64,000 bases of DNA from Trichoplax sp. H2 (lineage: Eukaryota), in assembly GCA_003344405.1 (NCBI GenBank), contig NOWV01000103.1:186001-250000 (forward strand). The letters run 5' to 3'. The notes below the pieces were generated by a model. It saw only the letters and a list, made by a program, of their open reading frames with translations, searched no databases and was not told where the DNA came from. Of this stretch, positions 10,457-23,661 are shown one piece after another (the first letter of the stretch is position 1; the number at the start of each line of letters is the position of its first letter). A program made the position numbers and the translations under genes.

Positions 10457-12730
10457 TCAAGTTTGCAATTGTCGATATTTTTCGATGTTTTTTTTATATT
10501 TTGAGAATAATTGCTTCGATACAGTTACGCTACTACCGCTACTAGTGGTAGCATATGTATTGTTTTCACTTGCCCAAGCCGCTTCAAATTTCTGTACAGC
10601 GAGGTTAAATTTCTGCTGATCAAATAAAATATTATTAGAAATGGAATCTGATAGCGCTTTAATAAACATTAACCAGCGCTTTTTATAGAATTTATCAACT
10701 AGCCCATTCCACATTTTGTTAGCATAATCATGCAATATTGATTTAGATGGACCCCACAGTGTTATTTGATTTAGAGCATTAAATCGCAGTTGTTGTTTAA
10801 TTGATATATTATTACTATGCTGTAATGCATCTGCTACCCAGCGCCCTAATAGGAAATGTGAATTCGTTCCTAATAGTGTATCCATATCAGTGAATAATTC
10901 AATCAATTCACCTCCAGCTGTTTTCAACGTTTCCTGATTATTATCATGGTAACATTGGGTTACCTTCTTATACTTTATAAATGCTAATTCTTGTAAAGCC
11001 TGACGTGTCACATCCACGATATCATACTGAAATGTTTCTTCGGAGATGAATTCGTTATTCGCTCTTAACATATGTTCCCAAGCAAAAAAAATATCATCAG
11101 CACTGTACCAAACATCGTTGGCGATTTTTAACGACGGTCTAACAGCTGGTAGTGCTCGACAATGGTATTGTCTCATATCATTACAGTTGTAGACCGTTTC
11201 ACTTAATCGAAGCCATGCTTTAATAATATTCTCGTCTAGTCCACCATAGCGACGTTCCGTATAGACAACAACCCAGTCGCGAACATCAACCGCAATCTTC
11301 CTCCATCCCATTTCAGCCATTAGATCATACATAATATAATTATTTCCGATACCTTCTGGTGCCATACCAGTACCAATCATGGTTGAATTTTTCATATCGT
11401 AGGCCGAAATTGCACCTTCTGTTATGGTTTCAAACGTACCGTACATCCCTGTATTTCCACCAAAATTATTAAGCATACACCAAATAAATGGGTGACCAAA
11501 AAATGAGTTGCTACGATGATATTGAGGTTCAACTTCCGCAAATAAATCTAATATAACGATTCGTCCTTTTGGTATTGGCGATAGAAATGCTTGTATTCGT
11601 TTATTTTCCCAGTAGTAATTATCGTTATAAAACATCCATCCTTGCATAATCCAGACAGCTTTAGTATCGGCAGAATTTAAAGCTAAATATGCTGATTTAC
11701 TAACAGCAGTTAGATATTCTAATTCCTTGGATTGCGGATCAATTTCATTAAATAGGTCAAGGCTATATAAATGATCAGTACCATAGGCTTTAATTTCTTC
11801 TTCAATAAATAACTTTGAAATAACTTTAAACAGCTTATCTCTAGGGTCTAATAAAGAAGTCTCGCCGTAGCGCTTACTAAAACCGAACCAAGGGGAACTT
11901 TTGACAATTTTAGCTTTGGGATAGATTTTAGTTAAAGCATTTGGAATATTACCATTGAAAGCTGGTAAGATCGGTAACATGCCATATTTCCTCATACGAT
12001 CTAAGATTTTGACTTGCAACGTTATTTGTTTATTAATCCAATCATGAGGTAGTGGACCAGCCCATCGTTGTATATTACCCATTCGATTCCAAGCTAAGAA
12101 TGCTGGGCCGGTAAAAAAATTATCCAAATCAGCGAACGTTAAGCCCAGCTTTTTGTATACTTTGGTCCAGATACCTTCTTGACCAGTTAATGCTAAGGGC
12201 ATATTAATACCATTTAATGCCATCCAATCAATTTCTTTTTTCCATCGTTGCCAATCCCACCATACCATAGAATAGCTAAAAGTACAAGCATTAAAATAAT
12301 ATCGAAATTTTTGATTAATCTCCACATGAATTTTTTGACTCAATCTTGGTAGAGTTTGAGGCAATTTCAACCGATCACCAGTCCAAGATAAATGAACTTT
12401 ACAATAATATTTAAGATAATGATGAACACCAAAAGCAGCAGCAACTCCGCTACTGCCAGTAATCAAGATTTGTTTATCATCTGAATCGAGCTCGAAAGCG
12501 TCAGGACTTAACTTTGGAATACTATTATTAATCTTAATATTTAATTCTTGAGCTCTTTCATGGAGTAATGTTGCAATTAAGTCTTTCACAGCATTTCCCT
12601 GAGTAATTTCATCTGTGGATGGTTTGATCGCCTTTAACGATGGGAACCGTTGATAACGGTCTCCAGTTGCAAAGGCAATAGTGAATAGATAAAGAAATAT
12701 CAAAATACAAGTACTTGCAATAGTGGTCAT
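10457..12730 (-). CDS. NAGLU: Alpha-N-acetylglucosaminidase (GH89), single coding exon, 757 aa
   Basis: Uninterrupted ORF with a signal peptide. Motifs: RYYFNACTFSYSMVWWDWQRWKKEIDWMALNGIN, GPAFLAWNRMGN, catalytic-type DLFNEI and MAPEGI, WCMLNNFGGN, NQITLWGP, DYANKMWNGL. Confidence 0.97.
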   Translation of the reverse strand: MTTIASTCILIFLYLFTIAFATGDRYQRFPSLKAIKPSTDEITQGNAVKDLIATLLHERAQELNIKINNSIPKLSPDAFELDSDDKQILITGSSGVAAAFGVHHYLKYYCKVHLSWTGDRLKLPQTLPRLSQKIHVEINQKFRYYFNACTFSYSMVWWDWQRWKKEIDWMALNGINMPLALTGQEGIWTKVYKKLGLTFADLDNFFTGPAFLAWNRMGNIQRWAGPLPHDWINKQITLQVKILDRMRKYGMLPILPAFNGNIPNALTKIYPKAKIVKSSPWFGFSKRYGETSLLDPRDKLFKVISKLFIEEEIKAYGTDHLYSLDLFNEIDPQSKELEYLTAVSKSAYLALNSADTKAVWIMQGWMFYNDNYYWENKRIQAFLSPIPKGRIVILDLFAEVEPQYHRSNSFFGHPFIWCMLNNFGGNTGMYGTFETITEGAISAYDMKNSTMIGTGMAPEGIGNNYIMYDLMAEMGWRKIAVDVRDWVVVYTERRYGGLDENIIKAWLRLSETVYNCNDMRQYHCRALPAVRPSLKIANDVWYSADDIFFAWEHMLRANNEFISEETFQYDIVDVTRQALQELAFIKYKKVTQCYHDNNQETLKTAGGELIELFTDMDTLLGTNSHFLLGRWVADALQHSNNISIKQQLRFNALNQITLWGPSKSILHDYANKMWNGLVDKFYKKRWLMFIKALSDSISNNILFDQQKFNLAVQKFEAAWASENNTYATTSSGSSVTVSKQLFSKYKKNIEKYRQLQT

Positions 12731-13648
12731 TGTTGAATGGAAGAGTAAATCTGCGGTACATCAATAGGAATTATCTCTCTACTGTTACAGCTACATTAAC
12801 AGTACTAAATTCTCAAGTATCGCATGAATGAATGAGTTTCTTGAGTTCTTATCTCTAAAAATTATTATTATCATCAACTCTAATACTGTACTCGGTCTAG
12901 ATTTCGGTTTTCGACGGAAAGGGGGCGTTGCATCAGCGGTTAACCATATGAAAATGTTAATCTGTTGTTGCTAAGTTGAGTGAAATCAGTCTATTTTTTG
13001 TTACTATGTCATTAATTTACGTTTATGAACGATACCGTTTTACACCAGGAAGACGATTATTTCAGTCAAATCGTACAAATTTGACCGAACGATAGTTTGA
13101 CGCCGAAACCCAGCGATAAAACCAGCTAGATGCCGCTGAGAAATATTAAAATTTTTGTATGTTTGCAACGATTTGGCTTGTTCTCAATGCCTTTGTACTA
13201 CGTAGTGCATTAACTAAACTGAATTCAGTAAATGGTAAATGCACGAAAGATACAAGAGATCTATGAAATGCTGTAATGGCGAATAGCCACGTTGCAGTTA
13301 GCAATCGGAAACTCCTAATAAGATGAATTTACTCTACAGTACAGTACAGTATACAGTAGAAGTCACTCGTGCACAGTATACAGTACTGTAAAAGATGGTA
13401 CTGTACATTGTACAGCAGAATGAGGCACGTGAGTCGCGATCTGCCCCCTACTAGTACTGTACTAAGTTAACCACTGTGGTCACAATGATTTGGTTAGCTC
13501 AGTATAGGACTCGGTACTGCTTTGGTACTACTGTATAGGACAGTACTGCAGATTCTGCTTTGAGCTGACACCAAAAAGGTTGAAGAATTGCACGTCACCT
13601 GCTCCGGTTGAGGTCACTACATCTTGTATCTCCTTCAACGAATTCAAA
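12731..13648. promoter_or_regulatory. Bidirectional promoter region NAGLU/MYBBP1A with CAGTA/TACTG array (13334-13550) and E-box CACGTG (13426-13431)
   Basis: Head-to-head ATGs 918 bp apart, locally raised GC, motifs seen directly. Confidence 0.65.
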
Positions 13649-16600
13649 ATGGCTAAGAAAGTACGCCTTAATAGTGATGCACAGAATGACATCTTACCCT
13701 ATTTCTGGACCTTAGCATCTGTTGATGAAGACGAAAGGTTGCTATCTGCTGAAAACATTCTTACAGTAGTCTTACGACTGCAGAAAGAATACAGCGAGCA
13801 AAAGCAGCCTAACATGCAGGTATCAACACTAACGTTACATTGTAATAATGAATTTCAATTATTGCTACATTAGCATTGAAAATCCTGCTTACCGAAATTT
13901 GCATTAACATACAATGTGCTATAATAAGAAATCATCGAATAACTGTAATGAGCCTTGTACCTTAGTATATTTCTGCATATCTATCTACACTGTCATTTTC
14001 TCAAATGTGGATAGTAGCTCATAGCTGATGAGGAGTATTAAAGTAAGAACGATATTACGTTGACAGTAGTTCTAATTTCATTTCATATAGTTCCTCCCTG
14101 GTTTGCAGCTTTTCGCTGCGCGATACATTCGCGCATGTTTGTGCATGAGTATAATTTAACATTGCATGATTACTATGATAAGGTCTAGGAATTTCTTCTA
14201 CTAAAAGTGCATAATCAATTATTCTCTCGTATTACATTACATACATGTAGATATCTTTCCATCAATGAATGCTCTCATTTCATATTACTGTCGATAAATA
14301 ATAACTGTTTAGAGAATGAATACTGATGTACTTGTACCAACATCGTTGACCTCATGATAATGAATTAATGTTCATACAGTACGCTATCTCACCGGACCGC
14401 ATTATCTAAAGTACAGTGCTGATTTCACCTCGAGTGGAATGATAACTTATAAGCACTACTATTAGCCTATGAACATTATAATCAGATAAACTACGATGCG
14501 TTAATAGAGATATCTCAAATGCAAAACATCTTTATCAAAGCATTTATAAATGAAGTTTAGCTATTTCTGCAATAGAGCATTAACTATCTTGTCTAATAAT
14601 GTTGTTTTAGCTGGACAAACGGCTATGTAACGAACTCCAGTATACCGTACAGCGATTAGTTAAAGGTCTTGGATCCTTTAGGAAAGCTGCAAGACTTGGC
14701 TTTTCTACATTACTTGCAGAAGTACGTGAGTTATACATGTGTAAACCAGTTACGTCATTTTATACTACCGATAGCTCATTCAGTTTCTATTGATTGATTG
14801 ATTAATTTTATTGGCAGGTACTGAAACAGTTCCGCGAGGTATCCATAGAAAGTGTCTTGCATCTGTCTTCCGAACATTTAATTGTTACCCATTCAGCTAA
14901 GAGTGAGGTTAGAGTACTTGCAATCATATTGTAATATCGAAAAGTTGATACTTGAATACTTAATATATAGTATTATCCAGTAAGTTGTGCATTGATACGT
15001 TAGTAGTTCAATACTTAAGTAGCCGTAATTTAATGAGTAATGAATGCATTATTGTCGTAATTATCCTATTAGGAGAAAAGAAATAACTACATTGGCCAAG
15101 TCTTCGTGAACTTATGCATTATTTCTTCCGGTAGACTATATCATATGGTTCGTCTAATTCTTTTCATTAATAAATGTAATCATAGAACATTTCCACGTTA
15201 GTTACTAGAATCATAAAAAAATATTGTTATTTAATCGTTAATATTATACTCGTACAATATACGAGTGTTATTAAATATTTTAAATAATTATAACCAAATA
15301 TTAATTCAAGCATAAATCTATCTATCTTAAGTAGTTACTTACTACTTGGTCATGATCACTACGGGTATTAAATACTAATTAACGTACGATTACATTTGAT
15401 CTTACGGTACGTTAATAGTAGATCTATTTATTAACTAATTGAGCCATTGCTCCTGAATCATATGGTGAATAACGTAGCTCATAGACTACTGAATTAGTAT
15501 AAAATGCAACAATCTAAAAATTTAATTAGCCTATCGCTATAGCAATATAATGTAACAGCTTCCATACTTCAATATTCCTACATAATTTACCACGAAGGCT
15601 TTACTAGCATTCTATCGTACTTATTAAATTGATATCAAAGCAACGTTCGTAAATATAAGATAAAGTAAGTCTTCTGGCGTATCAGTACTTACCATAGCTG
15701 GCAAGGTTATAAAAATACCGTATCGTATGTACAAACTATCGTGTAGCTTAGATGTCTCTGCTAGATAATTTACTGACAGTTGATATGAGAACTGTAAGTA
15801 ATTTAATCTTATTATATATTTTGTAAGAATCTAAATTTTCCAATAAAGAGCTCCTATCTGTTTTAATATTGTAGGAAGCCGATGCTAATGACTTGGTTCT
15901 GGTGACAAAGAATTTGTTCCAATTAAGCAAAGAGAAAAATTATATACGAGAGATTGCTATTACAGGAATTGTTGATATAATTAAAAAGGTAATAAAATTG
16001 CAATCTGTGTTTTACGTAGTGTCACTATTATAAGTTCTATAAATCTGCATCGTGATAAAATTTATGATAATTTATTAAATAGGTCCCTTTTAAGCTATTT
16101 GTAAGGCATATTGCACCTATTTTACAAACTGATCTTCAGAAAGGATGGAATGAAACGACACCTGAGGCTCTAATGGTTGTTCTTTGCATCGAGAAAGCAT
16201 ATAAGGTAATGAATGGTAGAGTAATTATGATTTTAGTCGCAATTACTCATACACTAACAGCTTGCAATGGTGCTATTACCCAGTTAAATCCACATATCCT
16301 CATCCATTGCTACCATGGTATATCATATTATGAGTAAACTGGACTATATCTTATGAGACGCTACAAACGTTATCGTCTCCAAATGCTACGCCATGTAACA
16401 CTTAGTCATAATAGGAGAAAATTGCGTTAACAGCAGTTTTGTTAATCATTATAAGCACTATTATCGCAATAAGCTTAACCATGTATGTATACACGGTTCA
16501 TCATAGCGCATAATTATAATTTCTAGAACAAGCCATATCAGAAACTCTTATCAAAAGATTGGGGTGATACACCAGTATTTGATACTAAAAATTATGCAAA

Positions 16601-19600
16601 GATGGCTGATATTCTAAAGGTAGGAACGATGTTACTGCAATTTCGCCATGTCATATAATCAATATTATCATATATACCAGTAAATCATCCCGATCATAGC
16701 AATTTCTTATTGGCTAATTTAAAACACTGCTTACATAGAAAAAGTACCAAATGAATGGATGATTTATAGGAAATTGCTAATGTTCAACCGATTCGTAAAA
16801 TCTGTAGGATTCAACATATACACATCCACGCGTACATAACATCTGGGGAGAAGTTTTAGATTTTTTATTCGATAATATAAAAAATTCCTTTTCCGTGCTA
16901 GCCACATTCTGGGATACAGTTATAAATAGTAAGTAAGATGTATCATTATCCATGAGGTCCATAAATGAATAGTAAATATGTTCCGGTATACGTGGCTTTT
17001 ATCTTTTGCAGATGTTTTACTAAGTTCAAGTCACGAGCGAAAGTTTTTAGTCTTTAAGATCGTCCAAGCCATTATACCGAAAATAGGCGATGATCAGGCA
17101 ATACATGCAATAAAATGCAATTTACAAAACATTTAATTCTTATTTATTACTTTCGATAAATTGCACTATCGAATTTATATTTTGATTAGTTCGTTAGTAA
17201 GTGATTTTCAAATTCAATTTACTATTCTTAGGTTAACGTGGTACTATCTAAGGAGTTTTTACGGACATTTATCAATTCGTTATCCTCAACTAAAGCCTAT
17301 CTGTATGATGCGGCTAAGCATTTGGTCTGTCATTTTCACTTCAAATTGTCTGAAACGATATTCTAATACAGGTTATTAGTTAGTTGATGTACCTAATATC
17401 TTAATTGACACTGATTTGGAAATTAGGCTACATTTCTTGAAAATTTTGCTGAAAAGGACGATTCACTCCTATCTTTTCATATTGTTAAGCAACTTATTAG
17501 CAAGTGAGTGATTTCCTTATGATTTATATTTGTTCACTTAAAGAAAACTTTCATGTGGAAGATATGACATGCGAATGCAAAAATTTAACCCATTCAATTT
17601 TATCAATTTAACCTTTAGTCAGGGTCATATCAATTTTGATAGTATCACCCATACCAAAACTGTACAGTCAATTGTTGCTAAGGTACGATATATTTGAAAC
17701 ATGAATTTCGCACGTCTGTTATTAATAAAGATATCGAATCTCTTTGCGGCTTGCTAGATGCAGTCGAAATCTTTGTCGGCGTATCTTTCAATGATAAAGA
17801 GCGTCTTCAATTTTGGATATGAAACTATTTTTCAGGCAACGTAGGTGGTTTGTAGCTGATAGTACGAAATATTTGTGTGCATGTATATCTATTATAATGC
17901 TGTTATCGTTTTAATGAACAGGGAAAAATGTGGACTAGAGCAGTCAAGAATATGGGTCGCAAATCAAGTAGGAAGTTACCTTCAGTCCTTACTAGCAGAT
18001 TTTGTTTCTTACCGTTTCTTTTTATGTCCAGATGTTAGCGTTGATGAAGTCCTACAAGTTATCAACAACTGACGAAAGTTGGGTGGTAGATGTTTTAAAA
18101 TTTTTATTATTTCATTCATTTTTTACAACCACTAATGATATTGACGATTCAATTAAGGTAAGGCATTAAAATTAAGCCACTCATAATTAATAACCAATTT
18201 AAGTCAAATTGTAATTATATCTTTGGTATTTATTGATGCTCCTCCTTAGGCTGTGGAAATTTCGGAAGTCGTTAGAAAAATATTATGCGAGCGTCTACAA
18301 AGTGCATTAGCCGAATTATCAAACCGCTGTTCTGATTCGACTTCTTCCGTAACAAATAAACGTGCTCCAAAGCAGCTTCCAATGGCTGGTCGAATGAGTA
18401 ACGGATTTTACTGGGGATATGAAATCTTATTGCTAACTAGAGTAATGCGAATTTTGCGATTAGGCTTATCTCATATTATTTACTTTAATAATTTAATCGT
18501 TAATTATATCATCTACTGTGATAGGAATTGTATCAACAGGAATGTAAATTAATTGAATCAGTCGAGCACTCTAATTCGGTACGGCAACATCTTCTCTTAG
18601 CAATTATTATTATTATTATTAGAATTTTGTTAAACAATACTTTGTTTTATGCGGTTAGATAAATGATATCGTCAATGACTTAATCTCAATCATTAAAAGA
18701 ATTCACGAAAAAGTACGTATTAATATCTATACTTGTTTAACTGTTGCGATATCCCAGATTACAACGTTTAGAGATTAATGACCTACTCGTTTTTATTTCT
18801 TATTTGTTTATTAGTCTATTAAAGATAATAAACCTGAAAGTATTGCTTTTGAAGTATTATTTTCTCATCTTGGTCTTACAATCTTTGAAAATACCGAGAA
18901 TTCTATTGAACTAATTAAAGTGTGTATTCTTAAGTTTTCAAATACATTTTATACCCGATTACAATTTTATTTTGTCATTTGTTGAATATAACTGAGGTAT
19001 CTGTTTTGTAGGAATTGCAAGTCTGCTATAATAAATTATCTGCAAAGAAACAAGCTAATAGCAAAAAGAAAGGTAAGATCAGGCTGATTGATTGATCGAT
19101 TAATTACCTGTATTTGTTAGATGTAATGGTTTATATAATTTAGCTTGTATTTTCCTATACGTTATATTGTCTTTATGTAACTCATAATTAATTACTTTAT
19201 ATATCACGATAGAACCACTATGGATTGAAGTTTTGACTGAGATCCTACTTAGCCTTATGACGTACCCATCTAGCATGCTACGATCATTATGCAATAGCGT
19301 ATTTCAACTTATTTGCAATCACTTGACTTCTGATGGCTTAAAATCTATAACTGATGTGAGTTTCATATCTTTCGTGGTTGAAATTTTATAATTTAATGAT
19401 TTAGCGTTGTTTCTAAAATCAATTAATTGCTTACGTTCGAAGATCATCGATCCTAAAAATGAAATGGGTCAAGAATCTTCTGTAGAAGTTGTATCAGGTA
19501 TGAGGAAATTCTTTAAATTTTCCTTATATTAAATATAGAAAAGTGCATGAATTTTATGTTTTTCGAACTCTGGAATATAGGTTTCCAAGACGATGACGAA

Positions 19601-22538
19601 GCTGAATCTGTAAGAAACGTACTGCATTAATGTACAACTTTTGCACATTGTATTATATACCATACAATCCACAGCTATAAATTATACGAATTTCCAATGA
19701 TTCATCATTGGTATAATTATCGGTTCAACCAATCGTTTTACTATTTCAGCTTGATGAAGAATTAAGTAATAAAGAGGAATCAAATGATGAAGAGGAATCA
19801 AGTGAGGAAGAAACTGAAACGATAGATGAAGGATTTCGACAGGAAGTCCGTACTGCTTTAGGTGATGCCGCTGATGACATGGAGGTAAATTTGCCTGTTG
19901 AATCTTAACAATCAATTAATATAATGTAAATGTATCCTTGCTTGGAATAGGGAAATAATAAGGATGATAGTTTCAATACTACGGTATATGATTGTTGTTT
20001 GTGTATGACTAACGTCATCAGCCTTTTGGTACAGGATGACAGCGATGCAAGTCTGTCAGATTATGATGACGAAACAATGCTAAAACTGGATGATGCTCTT
20101 TCTGCCGCTTTCAAGAAACGATTAGAGTTAGCAAGTCATGGAAAAGCAAAAAAAGGTATAATGTAATGTATAAAATTTTATCCATCAGGATATTAGTGTT
20201 TCTTTCACTTCTCAAGTTTGTATTTCATGTAAGATTTGCTTAAGGTACAGTATCTTTTTATCGTTTTTAGAAACCAAGCGCACAATCATGTATTACAAGC
20301 TAAGGTTAGTCGTTATTTTTACTAAAACATTTAAGTGTGATAAGTGCAGCTATCAGTTTAACATTCGGTAATTCATTAATCTGTAAATTATTTTAGAGTT
20401 CTGGATCTTATCGAAGTATTCATTAAGCAATGTCCATCTAGTCCTTTAATTGTGGTAAGTTACGCGCATATTGTTATGTTCAATACCCATGTTCAGGTAA
20501 TTGTTAAATTTAAGGAATAATTATGCTTTTATAGGACCTAGTCCTCCCATTATTGAGTATAACTACAACTTCTAAGAGTAAAGACAATAAAGAATTCATC
20601 GAAAGAACGGGAAGCATATTAAAAAATAAGCTATGCAAAATTCAAGATGTATGTTATAATAGGCTCGCTAAAGTATACGTGTATCCAGGTAATACCTGTG
20701 ATGAAATAGTCAACAATATTTTTTTTCTCTTTAATACCTCATAGTATTGCCGTGGCGATAAAATGAATGTTGATCATGCTGTAGAGATCTTCAATGAAGT
20801 TACAGACAAGCTTTTAAAATGTATTAAAAATTATTTTAACACTGTTATCAATACCATTTCATATCGTAAATTAATTACTAACATAAAATATAGCTTCTTC
20901 CCAGGCCACTTTTGCGACGAATAGTATAATATATTTTTTCTTAGTAAGTTTCATCATGAATTTTGGATATTGTTACTGACTAATTGATTTGCGATTTGTT
21001 TAGCTATAGTATAAATCGTATCTAATGGCTATGGTAAATTGATAAATTTTTCAGATACGTGTTCTGCGAGGAATTAATCCAGAAATCGGACTGTCCCCAT
21101 TAAAGACAAGGCGACAATCTCAAGCAAAGAAAAATCAATCGAATGCTAATAAAGAATATATGATACCGGTAAATTTGGCGTAAAATCGTATGAACGTAAA
21201 AATGCCGGTTAAAACTGCATGTTAAGTTACTTGATATGTTTGGGTAAATTACTAAGACTCAATGAAATATTTCTCCGTTGTGTATTGCAGCACATAGAAT
21301 CGTCATTCCGTCTTATACTCAAGGATTTCATGACCAGCAAGTAATAACTCTTTCGCATGGTGCTGTTTAGTTAGACTGTATAGTAAAAAAATTTATGTAC
21401 TGAATATTTATTCTTTAATTTGATAGAAAAACAAAAGTCACAACTACTTTCTGTACAGAAATGATCAGACGATACCCGGTAAAAACTAAATTAAATTGCT
21501 GCATGTATGCTGGCACTAAAGTTGGGATGTAACAAATATTTATAAGCTTTCTATTAGTTAATGTGGATGTACGTTCGTTTGGTTTAGGAAATATCTTTTG
21601 GTCTAACTGAAGATTTTCTGTACCATCTTCAAAATAGCATTAATAGCTTTAGGAAGGTATTACACGATTTCATATAATAATTATAAACCGAGGGAAATTA
21701 AATTTATCGTGTAAGCTTCAAATTGACGTATGTTTTACTGTATCTCGAATATTTTAGGCACAAGCTTCTATCCTAATTTCAGCAATTATAACTGCTATCC
21801 AGCCTTATGTAATTACACATATGTTTTATGACGTATTATTAGGCCTAACCTTATTACCGAAAATATCATGTTTGCTGTTATCGTATCTTTGTGTAGGATC
21901 TTCTTAAGAAATCATTTAATGATTACTGCAATAAAATTGAAGCGCTTTTTACATCGGTAGGAATAAAGCGAAAATTTCCGTATTGAATTCTCATATTGCT
22001 AAGAATATTATTTTAATTGTATGTGTATATTTCTCTTTTGTAAATCTCTAAGATGTTGAATGAAATCGTAGAGATGAAATCAGAGTTAAAGAAGAAACAT
22101 TTAAAGGATTTTTTGAAGCTAGTATTGAAGTACGCCAACTATGTGAGAAATAATGCCGAGGTCAGTGGTAGTTAAAGATGAATGGTGTAATATGACAGTC
22201 TGTAACGTTATTACGATTTAATATTCGTATGCAGGCTTGCAGATCATGTGATTTGAATGATATCAAAATCATCCTTGAGAAACTAGTAAGCTCATCAGAA
22301 TTTGCAAACTCTAAAGGCGTATGTAAAAACATTCTATCAACTATAGCTAGGTAAGGGCTGTCTATCCTATAGTACATGTTTGGTTTACCATTAGATTTTG
22401 GAATCTGTCAGTGACTTAATATAAAATTAACTCTTTATTTTTTTGCATTTAATTAATATGTTATATAGAAATCCTCAACAAGTTAGCTCAAGAAAAAGGA
22501 AGAAGACTACGACAGATGCTTTATCGAATAACTCTTAA
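13649..22538 (+). CDS. MYBBP1A: Myb-binding protein 1A / Pol5 (DNA polymerase phi family) nucleolar protein, many exons
   Basis: Exon 1 MAKKVRL...ILPYFWTLASVDEDERL; exon 2 ELQYTVQRLVKGLGSFRKAARLGFSTLLAE; THPRVHNIW; SSHERKFL; VLKFLLFHSFF; WIEVLTEILLSL; acidic stretch with DDETMLKLDDALSAAFK; YKLRVLDLIEVF. The last exon ends SRKRKKTTTDALSNNS* (NLS-like). Confidence 0.92.
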
Positions 22539-23661
22539 ATATAGAATAACAACAAGTAATTGCTTTTGTTCTATGGTAAATATACTTCTTTCAGATGGAT
22601 AAGAGATTGTGCTCTAGATTAGAAATTTGTGATCTATGACATAAAGCCATTTACTGAAAGAATCAAAATGAGAATACACGAACACATACCAGTCATATAA
22701 CTCTTAATTCATTATATGTTTGAAATAGTAACCATTCTAATTCTATTTAGTGACGTTGAGCTGTTAACTAGCGATGCTCGAATCATTATTACACTTGTGA
22801 TATGATTAGGTTTAACGAATTGATAAGCTCGCAATTACTCACTAAGTCATAATGAGGTGCGGATGGCGTGAAATGAAAATTTTTATTTTGATGCTTCCAT
22901 ATACCATTGGACATCGTTTTATACTTATGTTTGTATTTTAACGTGATACATGTGATCACGAATAAAGTTATTGTTAGCGAACTTGATGCCATTCCTTAGC
23001 TTAATCCTTTCTGAGCGATTTTCTCAGGTTTTTATTGAAGCACTATCTATTAGGAACTGTTCTAAAGTACAATGACTATTAATTACTATAGTTGTTGCTT
23101 GACGTTCATGTACTGCGGTATGCAATGTAATATATCGAGATATAAAAGGCAGAGATAGTGGGCCAACTATATATTTTGAAGCAATGGTATTAATAATATT
23201 TTACGCATTAACTGCTGCTGACACATATGATATAATTGCTATGTAAAATAGTGTACCGTATAGGACGACCCCTCCCATCTAGAATTAAGCAGGTTTTAAA
23301 GTTAACTACAGTGAAGATTTAACCCCATGCAGGTAGGTAGTATTATGCATGCTCAGATTCTGTATACGATAAAAGCTGCTTTTATTTGGGAAGTTGACGT
23401 TGAAATACCGTAAGGGATTTCCATTTTGATAGAAGGTGATCATATAAAAAATCACATGAAGATTTATCAACAGGCCTATAAAGCTCAGCAAGGCTTTATC
23501 TTAACGGTTGACAGAAGATGAAGTCAACATCAAGCAACAATTTACATCAACTTTACAGATTTGATTTTATCATTGGCATAGAAAACAATTTTAATTTCTA
23601 TTAGCTTCCAAGGGGAGATTAACTTAGCCATAAGCTAAATGATATCGACCGTAATAATAAC

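Noticed and set aside
19931-19940. gtatcctt as a U12-type donor (also 8132, 40106)
   Set aside because: Not at exon boundaries; the flanking exons use normal U2 GT-AG sites.
23326-23521. Protein-like frame MQVGSIMHAQILYTIKAAFIWEVDVEIP*GISILIEGDHIKNHMK... between MYBBP1A and NDUFA13
   Set aside because: Short, interrupted by a stop, with no recognisable homology or convincing splice context.
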